Below the pieces are notes generated by a model that had not been told where the DNA came from, did not search any database, and saw only the letters and a program-made list of their open reading frames with translations. Shown piece after piece: positions 23,312-35,205 of a stretch of 64,000 nt of DNA. The position numbers were made by a program, and so were the translations under genes. The stretch's first letter is position 1. Each line of letters starts with the position of its first letter. The stretch lies in assembly GCA_038087875.1 (NCBI GenBank), contig CM075989.1:248001-312000 (forward strand), written 5' to 3'. The stretch comes from Malacoraja senta. Its lineage: Eukaryota.

Positions 23312-26300
23312 GTGTCGAATGGGATAGTGGAGGATGGAGTTAAAGGGAAAGGGTTTCTTAAATGTGTGAGCGTAGAGACAGAGGAGTGTAAAATGAGGGT
23401 AGAAGCAATAGGTAGCAAGGTGAAAAGTAAAAGTGGAAGACAGACAAAACCAGGGCAAAAATCAAAAAGGGCCACTTTTCAACATAATTGTATAAGGGGT
23501 AAGAGTGTTGTAAAAACAAGCCTGAAGGCTTTGTGTCTCAATGCAAGGAGCATTCGTAATAAGGTGGATGAGTTGAATGTGCAGATAGCTATTAATGACT
23601 ATGATATAGTTGGGATCACGGAGACATGGCTCCAGGGTGACCAAGGCTGGGAGCTGAACATCCAGGGATATTCAATATTCAGGAGGGATAGAGAGAAAGG
23701 AAAAGGAGGTGGGGTAGCATTGATGATTAGAGAGGAGATTAACGCAATGGAAAGGAAGGACATTAGGTTCGAGGATGTGGAATCGGTATGGGTAGAGCTG
23801 CGAAACACTAAGGGGCAGAAAACGCTGGTGGGTGTTGTGTACAGGCCACCTAACAGTAGTAGTGAAGTTGGAGATGGTATCAAACAGGAAATTAGAAATG
23901 CGTGCGACAAAGTCAAAACAGTTATAATGGGTGACTTCAATCTACATATAGATTGGGTGAATCAAATTGGCAGGGGTGCTGAGGAAGAGGATTTTTTGGA
24001 ATGTATGCAGGATAGTTATCTAAATCAACATGTAGAGGAACCAACGAGAGAGCAGGCTATTTTAGACTGGGTATTGAGTAATGAGGAAGGATTAGTTAGC
24101 AGTCTTGTTGTACGTGCCCCCTTGGGCAAGAGTGACCATAATATGGTTGAGTTCTTCATTAGGATGGAGAGTGACATTGTTAATTCAGAAACAATGGTTC
24201 TGAACTTAAAGAAAGGTAACTTTGAGGGTATGAGATATAAATTTGCCATGATTGACTGGCAATTAATTCTAAAAGGGTTGACGGTGGACATGCAATGGAA
24301 GACATTTAAAGACTGCATGGATGAACTACAAAAATTGTTCATCCCAGTTTGGCAAAAGAATAAATCAGGGAAGGTAGTGCATCCGTGGATAACAAGGGAA
24401 ATCAGGGATGGTATCAAAGCGAAAGATGATGCGTACAAATTAGCCAGACAAAGCAGCATACCAGAGGACTGGGAGAAATTCAGAGACCAGCAGAGGAGGA
24501 CAAAGGGCTTAATTAGGAAAGGAAAAATAGATTATGAAAGAAAACTGGCAGGGAACATAAAAACTGACTGCAAAAGTTTTTAAAATATGTAAAAAGAAAG
24601 AGATTAGTTAAAACAAATGTAGGTCCCTTGCAGTCAGAAACAGGTGAGTTGATCATGGGGAACAAGGATATGGCGGACCAATTGAATAACTACTTTGGTT
24701 CCGTCTTCACTAAGGAAGACATAAATAATCTGCCGGAAATAGCAGGGGACCGCGGGTCAAAGGAGTTGGAGGAATTGAGTGAAATCCAGGTTAGTCGGGA
24801 AGTGGTTTTGGGTAAATTGAATGGATTAAAGGCCGATAAATCCCCAGGGCCAGATAGGCTGCATCCCAGAGTACTCAAGGAAGTAGCTCCAGAAATAGTG
24901 GATGCATTAGTAATAATCTTTCAAAATTCTTTAGATTCTGGAGTAGTTCCTGAGGATTGGCGGGTAGCAAACGTAACCCCACTTTTTAAGAAGGGAGGGA
25001 GAGAGAAAACGGGGAATTACAGACCAGTTAGCCTAACATCGGTAGTGGGGAAACTGCTAGAGTCAGTTATTAAAGATGGGATAGCAGCACATTTGGAAAG
25101 TGGTGAAATCATTGGACAAAGTCAGCATGGATTTACGAAAGGTAAATCATGTCTGACGAATCTTATAGAATTTTTCGAGGATGTAACTAGTAGCGTGGAT
25201 AGGGGAGAACCAGTGGATGTGGTGTATCTGGACTTCCAGAAGGCTTTCGACAAGGTCCCACATAAGCGATTAGTATACAAACTTAAAGCACATGGCATTG
25301 GGGGTTCAGTATTGATGTGGATAGAGAACTGGCTGGCAAACAGGAAGCAAAGAGTAGGAGTAAACGGGTCCTTTTCACAATGGCAGGCAGTGACTAGTGG
25401 GGTACCGCAAGGCTCAGTGCTGGGACCCCAGCTATTTACAATATATATTAATGACCTGGATGAGAGAATTGAAGGCAATATCTCCAAGTTTGCGGATGAC
25501 ACTAAGCTGGGGGGCAGTGTTAGCTGTGAGGAGGATGCTAGGAGACTGCAAGGTGACTTGGATAGGCTGGGTGAGTGGGCAAATGTTTGGCAGATGCAGT
25601 ATAATGTGGATAAATGTGAGGTTATCCATTTTGGTGGCAAAAACAGGAAAGCAGACTATTTTCTAAATGGTGGCCGACTAGGAAAAGGGGAGATGCAGCG
25701 AGACCTGGGTGTCATGGTACACCAGTCATTGAAAGTAGGCATGCAGGTGCAGCAGGCAGTGAAGAAAGCGAATGGTATGTTAGCTTTCATAGCAAAAGGA
25801 TTTGAGTATAGGAGCAGGGAGGTTCTACTGCAGTTGTACAGGGTCTTGGTGAGACCACACCTGGAGTATTGCGTACAGTTTTGGTCTCCAAATCTGAGGA
25901 AGGACATTATTGCCACAGAGGGAGTGCAGAGAAGGTTCACCAGACTGATTCCTGGGATGTCAGGACTGTCTTATGAAGAAAGACTGGATAGACTTGGTTT
26001 ATACTCTCTAGAATTTAAGAGATTGAGAGGGGATCTTATAGAAACTTACAAAATTCTTAAGGGGATGGACAGGCTAGATGCAGGAAGATTGCTCCCGATG
26101 TTGGGGAAGTCCAGGACAAGGGGTCACAGCTTAAGGATAAGGGGGAAATCCTTTAAAACCGAGATGAGAAGAACTTTTTTCACACAGAGGGTGGTGAATC
26201 TCTGGAACTCTCTGCCACAGAGGGTAGTCGAGGCCAGTTCATTGGCTATATTTAAGAGGGAGCTAGATGTGGCCCTTGTGGCTAAAGGGATCAGAGGGTA

Positions 26301-26328
26301 TGGAGAGAAGGCAGGTACGGGATACTGA
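23312..26328 (+). pseudogene. CR1-A ORF2 (EN plus RT) with one frameshift near 24583
   Basis: 423-aa EN ORF (LNARSI, TETWL, SDH) plus 566-aa RT ORF ([16 protein letters not shown]). Confidence 0.92.
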
Positions 26329-26678
26329 GTTGGATGATCAGCCATGATCATATTGAATGGCGGTGCAGGCTCGAAGGGCCGAATGGCCTACTCCTGCACC
26401 TAATTTCTATGTTTCTATGTTTCAGGCCATAATTAAGGAAACGTCTTTGAAATATTGATAGCTCAGCGCAGACTCCTGTTACTCCAAAAATAATCAATTC
26501 TGTGTGGGGGTCCAGTTTTGTTTTTAATAATTTTGAGAAGATTTCAAAGATTCCTTTCCAAAATTTATGAAGTTTTATACAAGAGGCAAATGAGTGTGTT
26601 ATAGTTGCTTCTTGAGATAAGCATTTGTCGCAGATGGGAGTTAGTTCAAGTTCATATTTATTGTCACATGCACCAATT

Positions 26679-26841
26679 CTTCTTTTTGTCGAATCCACAC
26701 ACAAGATTAGAAGTTATTCAGCCAGAGCTGGAAACTCTTCTCGGCATCTGCATGCAATGGTGGCTGTCTTGCCCTTCTTGTTCTTCTTGTGCGTGGTGGT
26801 GGAAACAGGGTCGCAACGTGAATGCTCTTTCCTTGACCCCA
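26679..26841 (-). mobile_element. 163-bp TSD-flanked insertion, probable non-LTR 3' end with GAA-like tail; family unresolved
   Basis: 11-bp TSD ATGCACCAATT at 26668-26678 and 26842-26852. Confidence 0.6.
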
Positions 26842-27883
26842 ATGCACCAATTAGGGTACAGTGATATTTGAGTTACCATACAGCCATACTAAGTGAAAAA
26901 CAAAAATACACACAGCACATAAAATAAAGTGTAACATAAGCATCCACCACAGAAGAATCAACATTCCTCACTGTGATGGAAGGCAATAAAGTTCAATCAT
27001 CCTCCTCCTTTGGGTCACCCGTGATCGGGGCTGTTGAACCCTCCGCAGTCGCCGCTGCCGACAGTCCGCTGTTCGAGCCCTCTCTTCAGGTTGATGGAAA
27101 CTCCAGCATCGGGATGCAGCGGAACACTCCTCAGCATGGAGCTCCCAAGTCGGCCTCTTCTTACCGGAGACCACAGGCTTCACGGTGTTAAAGTCCACAG
27201 GCCCCGCGCGGTCGGAGCTCCTTCACTGGCGATTCTCGGCAAAGGATCCCAGGCTCCGCGATGGCAAGTTCGCACCACGCCCGTGGCTTGAAGCTCCAGG
27301 AGGGAGGAGACCTGAGGTAAATCGCCACACAAACTACATGTCTGGGGGAAAACTGGGGGAAATAATATAAAGTCACCGTCTAGAGCAGCGTGCTGAGATA
27401 AAACATGTTATAAACATCTCCCCCTCTGTAAATAATCAATAAATCATCAAATAAACTACACGTCTGGGGGGAGTAAACCCAGTCTGGTGGGAGACCTGAG
27501 GTCAATAATGTTTTAAACCCACAGGTGAGCAAAATAAATATCGTACGTAAAACATCCGATTCCGACCCCTAGGTATAATTCTAAATCTGCTGTGATGACA
27601 TTACACAAGATGGCACTTCATAAGATCCACATGATTCATCAGGCTGCCTTTTAAACCCATGTCCTTGAAGTTTTGAGTCTCATGGTTGTAGCTATGCTAT
27701 TGTGGCTTTGAAAAAAAAAAACATAATTCATTTGCTTAAAGAAATTACACAAAGGACTATGATAAAATTAAAATTACATTGAATTAAATAAAAATCATAA
27801 AAGCATCACTCCAAAATTTATTAAAATAAGGGCACAGGTATGAGCTGAATGGCTAAATTATGACAAAAAAACTCAAGTGTTAT

Positions 27884-28734
27884 AGGGTACGTAAGGTCAT
27901 CAGGTCAAAGGGCGTGACGCACGGAATAGCTCAATCCTTCTGGAGTACAAGGCAGCTTCCGGTATACACTAGTAACACTCAACACATACTTTCATACCTT
28001 CTAAAAACCGCCAAAATGGTCAATTTTTGTGCTGTAAAAAATTGTGGAAATAGGGGAACCGTGTGAAAACTGCCAAAATCACTGTTGCTCACTGACTTGC
28101 GAAAGAGCAGCGTGCCGGCGGATTGAGGGCAAGTCCCGGCCCACGTCAGCCCGGGGCTGGAGGGTGACTGAGCGCTCTGAACCAAATGCTCCAGTATCTT
28201 TTCTCTGAACCCGAGCACCAAGGTGTAAGCGGCCGAAGGAGCGCATCCCTTGGGACAGCCCCCACTCTCTCCCCGGGGGGAGCGCTGTCCGGCCAGGGCC
28301 GCCCTCCGCCCCGTCTCCCCTGTGCGGCTGCACTGTCACGGGCTGTGGGTCGGCAGCACACACACACACATGGAACCGGGTGGAGCGGGGCTGCGGCTGC
28401 GGCTCCGGGCAGCGGACACACGGGCACGAAAACCCGGCAACGTCCCCGTCAGGTGCAGCAGAGTTGGGGACAGTCTGGTCCCTCCGCCCACCAAGAGTCA
28501 CTGGCCGTGCTGCACCGGCACCCCACACAAGGTGATTCACCCCCCCCCGGCTGCGGGGACAGACGGCCCAGGGTCCGCGAGTGTGGAACCAGTCAACGTG
28601 AAGACCGGATGCTGGGACAGATCTGTACTTGCAGCCAAGTGCTTACCTGATGTTCATCGCTTGAACTCCAGAAGGTGTTGCCTGGCAGCAGTACGGGTCA
28701 TGGGTCGTGACCTCGACTGCCGTGCAACCTCCCT
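27884..28734 (+). mobile_element. Non-autonomous TIR element (ISL2EU/Harbinger-like) with THAP start and GC-rich interior
   Basis: AT|AGGG..CGTGCAACCTCCCT|AT termini; MVNFCAVKNCGNRG begins at 28016. Confidence 0.7.
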
Positions 28735-28881
28735 ATAGAAATTAAAAGTAAATGCATAGGTAGTTAAGTTTCCTGCAAAAGTACATACCAAAATGTATTA
28801 ATAACTTGTCCTTAGGAACATAATTGCTTCTGCCAGATCCTCTTTCATTGAAGCCCTTAAATCTGATTATTTTTTTGCTAT

Positions 28882-29757
28882 AGGGAGGTTTCACGGCAGT
28901 CCGGTCACGACCCATGACCCGTACTGTTGCTACGCTACGCCAAGTGGAGTACACGCGATGAACTGCAGGTAGGCACTAACCATTGTTTCCAGCGTAGCGG
29001 GCCCGTTAAAACCCGCCGAAATTGTCAATTTTTGCTCTGTAAATAATTATGGAAATCGGGATAAGCGTGAGAGACATTTAGCCTACTTCAGAATTCAAAA
29101 AGTGAGGAGAAATGACGGTAGATTGAAGCGAGAACTGAAAGGAACAACAACAGCCAGAGTGCTTGTCGAACATTGGCCGTTTGCTCACTGCATTTCATCA
29201 ACTAAGGCATTATTTGTGTTTTTTCTTGATTCCTTTGGCATCTAAAAAGTTTCAGAAGGGATAATCGCCCCTGGTTCTCGTGGGTTTTTACATACAAAAA
29301 TAAAACGCCTCTGAAGCAAAATTTACAACCAGATTTACCACTTCTGAGACTTTTTAGATACCAAAGAAATAAAACAAAAAACAAATAATGCCTTACCGTT
29401 AATGAAATGCAGAGAACAAACGCGATAAATCCCGATATTTTCAATTCCGATATCTGCACGGCCAATGTTCGACAAGTATTTTAGCTGTTGTTGTCCCTTC
29501 AGCTCTCGCTTCTCTTTAGCTTCATTTCGTTTCACTTTTGGAATTCTGAAGTTGGGTACATGTCTCTCACACTTACCCCGACTTCCACAATTTTTTACAG
29601 CGAAAAAATTCAACATTTTTGCGTTTTTTAACAGGTAGGAAAGTACGCGTTTCTTGTATTAATAACATATACCGGAAGTTACGGATGTCTTCCAGATGGA
29701 TTGAGCGGCTCCGTGCGCCAAGCCCTATGATCCGGTGACCTTACGTGCAACCCCCCT
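28882..29757. mobile_element. Palindromic non-autonomous TIR element with two inverted THAP remnants
   Basis: TIRs AGGGAGGTTTCACG / CGTGCAACCCCCCT with AT flanks; THAP-like ORF 29335-29616 (NC..FRIP..RVCSLHF). Confidence 0.8.
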
Positions 29758-30015
29758 ATAGCAAGAATGTCCTTCCGCAAATTACGAGACCAAAACTGCA
29801 CACAAAACTCCATATGTGGTCTCACCAGGGACCTGTACAGCTACAGTAGGACCTCCTTGCTCCTAAACTCAAATCCTCTCGCAATGAAGGCCAACATGCC
29901 ATTAGCTTTCTTCACTGCCTGATGTACCTGCATGCTTACTTTCAGTGACTGATGTACAAGCACACCCAGGTCTCTTTGTACTTCCCTTTTTCCTAACTTG
30001 ACACCATTCAGATAC
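29758..30015 (-). mobile_element. CR1 RT fragment
   Basis: YLNGVKLGKREVQRDLGVLVHQSLK..KKANGML; duplicated at 36083-36340. Confidence 0.8.
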
Positions 30016-30029
30016 TGGAGTAACATCTT

Positions 30030-31310
30030 ACACTTTCTTATCTCTGTGGCTGCCTCTCCTGTCACTCTCAGTCTGAAGGTTTCTTCTCTCCAGAGATACC
30101 GCCTGGCTCGCTGAGTTACGCCAGCATTTTGTGTCTGTCTGTGGAGAACATGGATAGGGGTTGTTTTTTGGGTCACGACCCGAAACATCGCCTACCCAAG
30201 TTGACTAGAAATGCTACCTGACCCGCTGAATTACTCTAACACTCTGTGAAACTTCACCTATCCATGTTCTCCACAGAAGCTGCCTCCAGCATTTTGTGTA
30301 TGAACCAGCATCTGCAGTTCCTTGTGATAGGGCAATGTTTCAGGCCTACTTGGCTACTTGTCAAATTTTGTTCGAGTTGAGAAATGTCATTCTCTAATTT
30401 TAGTTAAGTATCCAACAACCTACCTTCCACTCATTGATTGCGGAATGAATATTGATTTCTCTAACTTCAAGTAACCCTTACATCCCATCTCTCTCCATCC
30501 CTCCCTCCCCCGTCATACCAGCTTCAAAGTCGTCCTGTTGAGTCTCACTGTCTGTAACTCGATAACCTTAGCATCTGCTTTGTCCTGTCATTTTCACATC
30601 TCGCCCTTCCATATCTCCACTCCCTCTTCCCTGACTCAGTCTGAACAAGGGTCTTGACCCAGAACGTCACCCATTCCTTTTCTCCAGAGATGCTGTCTGT
30701 CTTGCTGACTTATTCCAGCTTTTTGTTTCTCTCTCTCTCGTCCCTATGCTTAACATGAACGGGACCCGTTTCCTCTTTTTCCCCTTTCACCAATATCACT
30801 TTCTCTGGCTTCCCATTCTGCCCATCTTCTCTCACAGCCTTTCTTGTTCTTCCCATCTATGCCCTTTGTCCACCCATCGGCCAATCGGCCCGCCTCACCT
30901 GTATCTATCAATTACTTAAAGATGGATACAAAAAGCTGGAGTAACTCAGTGGAACAGGCAGCATCTCTGGAGAGAAGGAATGGGTGACATTTCAGGTCGA
31001 GACTCTTTTTCAGAATGGTTAGGGATAAGGGAAGTGAGAGATATAGATGGTGCTGTGGAGAGATAAAGAACAATGAATGAAAGATATGCAAAGTGTAGTC
31101 AAGATAGCTATGGGAGTCAGTAGGTTTGTTGTAGATGTTGGTGATTAGTCTTTCCTGTGATGGAGACGGTGAGATCTAGAAACGGTAAGATGTCAGGGAT
31201 GGTTCACTTGAATTTGAGTGCAGAAGGGAAATTAGTGGTGAAGTTGATGAAGTCAGTATGTTCTGCATGGGTGGAGGAGGTAGCACCAATGCAGTTGTCG
31301 CTTGTAGTTT
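30030..31310. mobile_element. Cluster of Penelope-like element fragments on both strands
   Basis: GMNIDFSNFK* ORF end at ~30441-30474 (+); PFLDLTVS..NIYNKPTDSHSYLDY RT piece at 31095-31300 (-); degenerate hammerhead/pLTR units at 30070, 30170, 30641 and 30985. Confidence 0.75.
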
Positions 31311-31344
31311 GTGTGGAGATTCACCTCATGCGTATAGTTTGTGT

Positions 31345-32345
31345 GGACAATAGACAATAGGTGCAGGTATAGGCCATTCGGCTCTTCGACCCAGCACCGC
31401 CTGTGATCATGGCTGGTCATCCACAATCAGTAAACAGTTGCGGCCCCAACACCGATCCTTCCGGCACTCCACTCACCACTGCCTGCCATTCTGAAAAGGA
31501 CCCGTTCACTCCTACTCTTTGCTTCCTGTCTGCCAAACAATTTTCTATCCATGTCAACACCCTACCCCCAATACCTTGTGCTTTAATTTTAGTCACCAGT
31601 CTCCCGTGCGGGACCTTATCAAAGGCTTTCTGAAAGTCTTGATACACTACATCCACTGCCTCCCCTTAATCCATTTTACTTGTCACATTCTCAAAAAATT
31701 CTAGATTAGTCAAGCATGATTTCCCTGTCATAAATCCATGTTGACTTGGACTAATCCTTTTACTGCCATCCAAATGCCCCATTATTACCTCTTTAATAAT
31801 TGACTCCAACATCTTTCCCACCACCGAAGTCAGGCTAACTAGTCTGTATTGGCCGTTTTGTTTCCTTCTGTTGTCCTATGAAAGTTTCCCAATCCTCTGG
31901 CTTCCAGCTACTCTTTGCTGTGTTATACGTTTTCTTTTAGTTTTATTCTATCCCTAACTTCTCTTGTCAGCCACGGTTGCCTCCTACTCCCCTTAGAATC
32001 TTTCTTCCTTTTTAGAATGAAATGATCCTGGCGTCTTCCGGATTATGCCCAGAAATTCCTGCCATTGCTGTTCCACCGTCATTCCTGCTAGAATCCCTTT
32101 CCAGTCTACCTTGGCCAGCTCCTCTCTCATGTCTTCATATTCCCCTTTGTTCAACTGCATCACTGACACTTCCGATTTAACCTTCTTCTCAAATTGCAGA
32201 TTAAAACTAATCATATTATGATCATTACCTCACAGCGATTCTTTTACCTCGAGTTCTCTTATCAAATCTGGTTCATTGGACAACACTAAATCCAGAATTG
32301 CGTTTTCTCTGGTCGGCTCCATTACAAGCTTCTCTAAGACTCCAT
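31345..32345 (-). mobile_element. Old, internally deleted CR1 fragments
   Basis: CAATAGA-repeat tail, [21 protein letters not shown], and an EN remnant at 31993-32214. Confidence 0.8.
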
Positions 32346-32454
32346 CTCTGATGCCATTTTCAGAATCTTGCCATCAATATGCTATCTTTTCTTATATTTG
32401 TTGTTGATTCTATGTTAGTCATGAACCCAACAAATATAAGAAAAGATAGCATAT

Positions 32455-33670
32455 CCGAACGGCATGCGCGTGAACTCAAAACGTCCGAATGGCGTGATGA
32501 TCGCCGTCTTGGGTACGTCATCCGGATGAACCAGGATCTGGTTATAACCCCGTACCAGATCCACTTTCGAAAATATTGTGGCCCCAGCCAAATGGGCGGT
32601 GAAGTTCTGGATGTGGGGTATGGGGTATCGATCCGCTGTTGTTGCGGCGTTCAGCCGTCGGTAATCCCCGCAAGGTCGCCAGCCCCCGCTTGACTTAGGG
32701 ACCATGTGGAGTGGGGACGCCCAAGGACTGCTCGAAGAACGGACGATCCCCAAGGTCTCTATTATGCGGAATTCCCGCCGTGCCAGATGCAGTTTATCCG
32801 GCGGCAGTCGGCACGCTCGTGCGTGGAGAGGTGGGCCGGTAGTCTGAATAAAATGTACCACTCCGTGGCTGGGGGTTGATGATCGAAACTGCGGGGTCAT
32901 AATGTCTGGGAACGCGGCCAAGATACGTGCGAAGCGGGAGTCCACGGACGACATGGGGCCGTCCCACCGGTTGAGACAAACGCAACGTGATCGGCTCCAT
33001 CGTAGAGGCGTTGACCAAGCGCTGACGCCTGACGTCCACCATGAGGGAATGCGCCGGAGGGAAATCGGCCCCGAGCAATGGCTGGGAGATGTCGGCAATG
33101 GTGAACTGCCACGAGAAATGGCAGGAGCCGAACACGATTGGAACATGCGCACTCCATATGCGCGGATGGGGCTGCCATTCGCCGCGGTGAGGACGCCCCT
33201 GCTTACCGGAATGAATGTCGGCCTGCGAAGGGGGAAGGACGCTGAGCTCCGCTCCAGTATCAACGAGGAAGCGGGTCCCGGAGCGCCGATCCCAGGCGAA
33301 GAGGCGGTGAATTGGCCGGCCGCGCGGGTACTATTGGCAGCCGGCCCAGGCATTTCCTGGGAACGTGCACGGCTGGCGGCATAGTCGTGCTGCAGCACCC
33401 CAGCGCTGGTAGTAGTAGCACCAGCGCCTCATGTTGGTCTTGAAGCTTGCTGGCTCTGTTGGTGGTGCCTGCAGCTTGCTGCCGCTGGACTGCAGGTGCA
33501 GTACCCCTCACGGCCGCGGGGGGGGGGGGCGATCTGACGGCCCCGTCGGGCTGGAGCTATCACTCACCTTCCACAGCTCCCCCGCCCCACCGGAAGAAAT
33601 CGGGAGCTGCCGGGGTGACGTCATCGGCACGCCTGCCGACGGCCAGCGCGTTGACGTCATCAGGGCGCGT
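32455..33670 (-). mobile_element. Gypsy (CsRn1 clade) internal fragment: gag end, protease, RT N-terminus
   Basis: [53 protein letters not shown]; homologous to 38462-39364. Confidence 0.9.
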
Positions 33671-34010
33671 CTCCCCCTGTGCGGCTCCGGGCAGCGGACA
33701 CACGGGGACGAAAACCCGGCAACGTCCCCGTCAGGTGCAGACAGAGTTGGGGACAGTCTGGTCCCTCCGCCCACCAAGAGTCACTGGCCGTGCTGCACCG
33801 GCACCCCACACAAGGTGATTCACCCCCCGGGGACAGACGGCCCAGGGTCCGCGAGTGTGGAACCAGTCAACGTGAAGACCGGATGCTGGGACAGATCTGT
33901 ACCTTGCAGCCAAGTGCTTACCTGATGTTCATCGCTTGAACTCCAGAAGGTGTTGCCTGGCAGCAGTACGGGTCCATGGGTCGTGACCTCGACTGCCGTG
34001 CAACCTCCCT
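33669..34010 (+). mobile_element. Right part of the 27884-28734 element (duplicated copy)
   Basis: Matches 28312-28734 with internal deletions. Confidence 0.8.
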
Positions 34011-34157
34011 ATAGAAATTAAAAGTAAATGCATAGCTAGTTAAGTTTGCTGCAAAAGTACATACCAAAATGTATTAATAACTTGTCCTTAGGAACATAAT
34101 TGCTTCTGCCAGATCCTCTTTCATTAAAGCCCTTAAATCTGATTTTTTTTTTGCTAT

Positions 34158-35057
34158 AGGGAGGTTTCACGGCAGTCGGGTCACGACCATGACCCGTACT
34201 GTTGCTACGCTACGCCCAAGTGGAGTACACGCGATGAACTGCAGGTAGGCACTTACCATTGTTTCCAGCGTAGCGGGCCCGTTAAAACCCGCGAAATTGT
34301 CAATTTTTGCGCTGTAAATAATTATGGAAATCGGGATAAGCGTGAGAGACATTTAGCCAACCTTCAGAATTCAAAAAGTGATGAGAAATGACGGTAGATT
34401 GAAGCGTGAGCTGAAAGGAACAACAACAGCCAGAGTGCTTGGCGAACATTGGCCGTTTGCTCACTGCATTCATCAACTAAGGCATTATTTGTGTTTTTTC
34501 TTGATTCCTTTGGCATCTAAAAAGTTTCAGAAGGGATAAATCTGGCTGTAAAATTTTAAAATCGCCCCTGGTTCTCAAGTGGGTTTTTACATACAAAAAG
34601 AAAACGCCTCTGAAGCAAAATTTACAACCAGATTTACCACTTCTGAGACTTTTTAGATACCAAAGAAATCAAGAAAAAAAACAAATAATGCCTTACTGTT
34701 GATGAAATGCAGTGAGCAAACGCGATAAATCCCGATATTTTCAATTCCGATATCTGCACGGCCAATGTTCGCCAAGCACTTTAACTGTTGTTGTCCCTTC
34801 AGCTCTCGCTTCTCTTTCCCTTCATTTCGCTTCACTTTTGGAATTCTGAAGTTGGGTACATGTCTCTCACACTTACCCCGATTTCCACAATTTTTTACAG
34901 CGAAAAAAATCAACATTTTGGCGTTTTTTAACAGGTAGGAAAGTACGTGTTTCTAGCATTAATAACATATACCGGAAGTGACGGATGTCCTCCATATGGA
35001 TTGAGCGGCTCCGTGCGTCAAGCCCTATGACCCGGTGACCTTGCGTGCAACCCCCCT
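34158..35057. mobile_element. Palindromic THAP-remnant TIR element, copy 2
   Basis: Same TIRs and AT flanks; THAP-like ORF 34653-34916. Confidence 0.8.
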
Positions 35058-35205
35058 ATACTAGCCTGTCCAATCACTTAAGTATTTAATTTGTTTCTAT
35101 AAGATTCCCACTCTTCTAAATTCCGGTGAATACAAACCCAGTCGACCCATTCTTTCATCATCCGTCAGTTCCGCCATCCCAGAAATTACACTGCACTCCC
35201 TCGAT

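Larger units (their letters stand above)
21978..26421 (+). mobile_element. CR1 element with divergent ORF1, a relic ORF2 N-terminus and family-A ORF2
   Basis: TCAG duplicated at 21974 and 26422; ORF1, ORF2, 3' hairpin and (TTTCTATG)n tail. Confidence 0.93.
20500..26637 (-). mobile_element. Short 3' L1 fragment (pieces 20500-20873, 21797-21977, 26422-26637) split by Rex1 and CR1 insertions
   Basis: 16-bp TSD GAGTTAGTTCAAGTTC at 20484-20499 and 26638-26653; poly(A) tail; PICDKC..HSFASC..NYGL|IMAKK..LKFWK..IWSPFI. Confidence 0.85.

Noticed and set aside
27300..27505. Short permuted repeats GGAGACCTGAGGT and AAACTACAYGTCTGGGGG
   Set aside because: Only two copies each, with no termini, TSD or coding signal to support a call.
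29335..29616. Functional host THAP gene
   Set aside because: The first Cys and the conserved Trp are lost, and it occurs in multiple copies inside TIR elements.
32415..33925. Bacterial contamination or novel GC-rich genes
   Set aside because: Explained by Gypsy gag/pol and the duplicated TIR-element interior; the extra ORFs are alternative frames.
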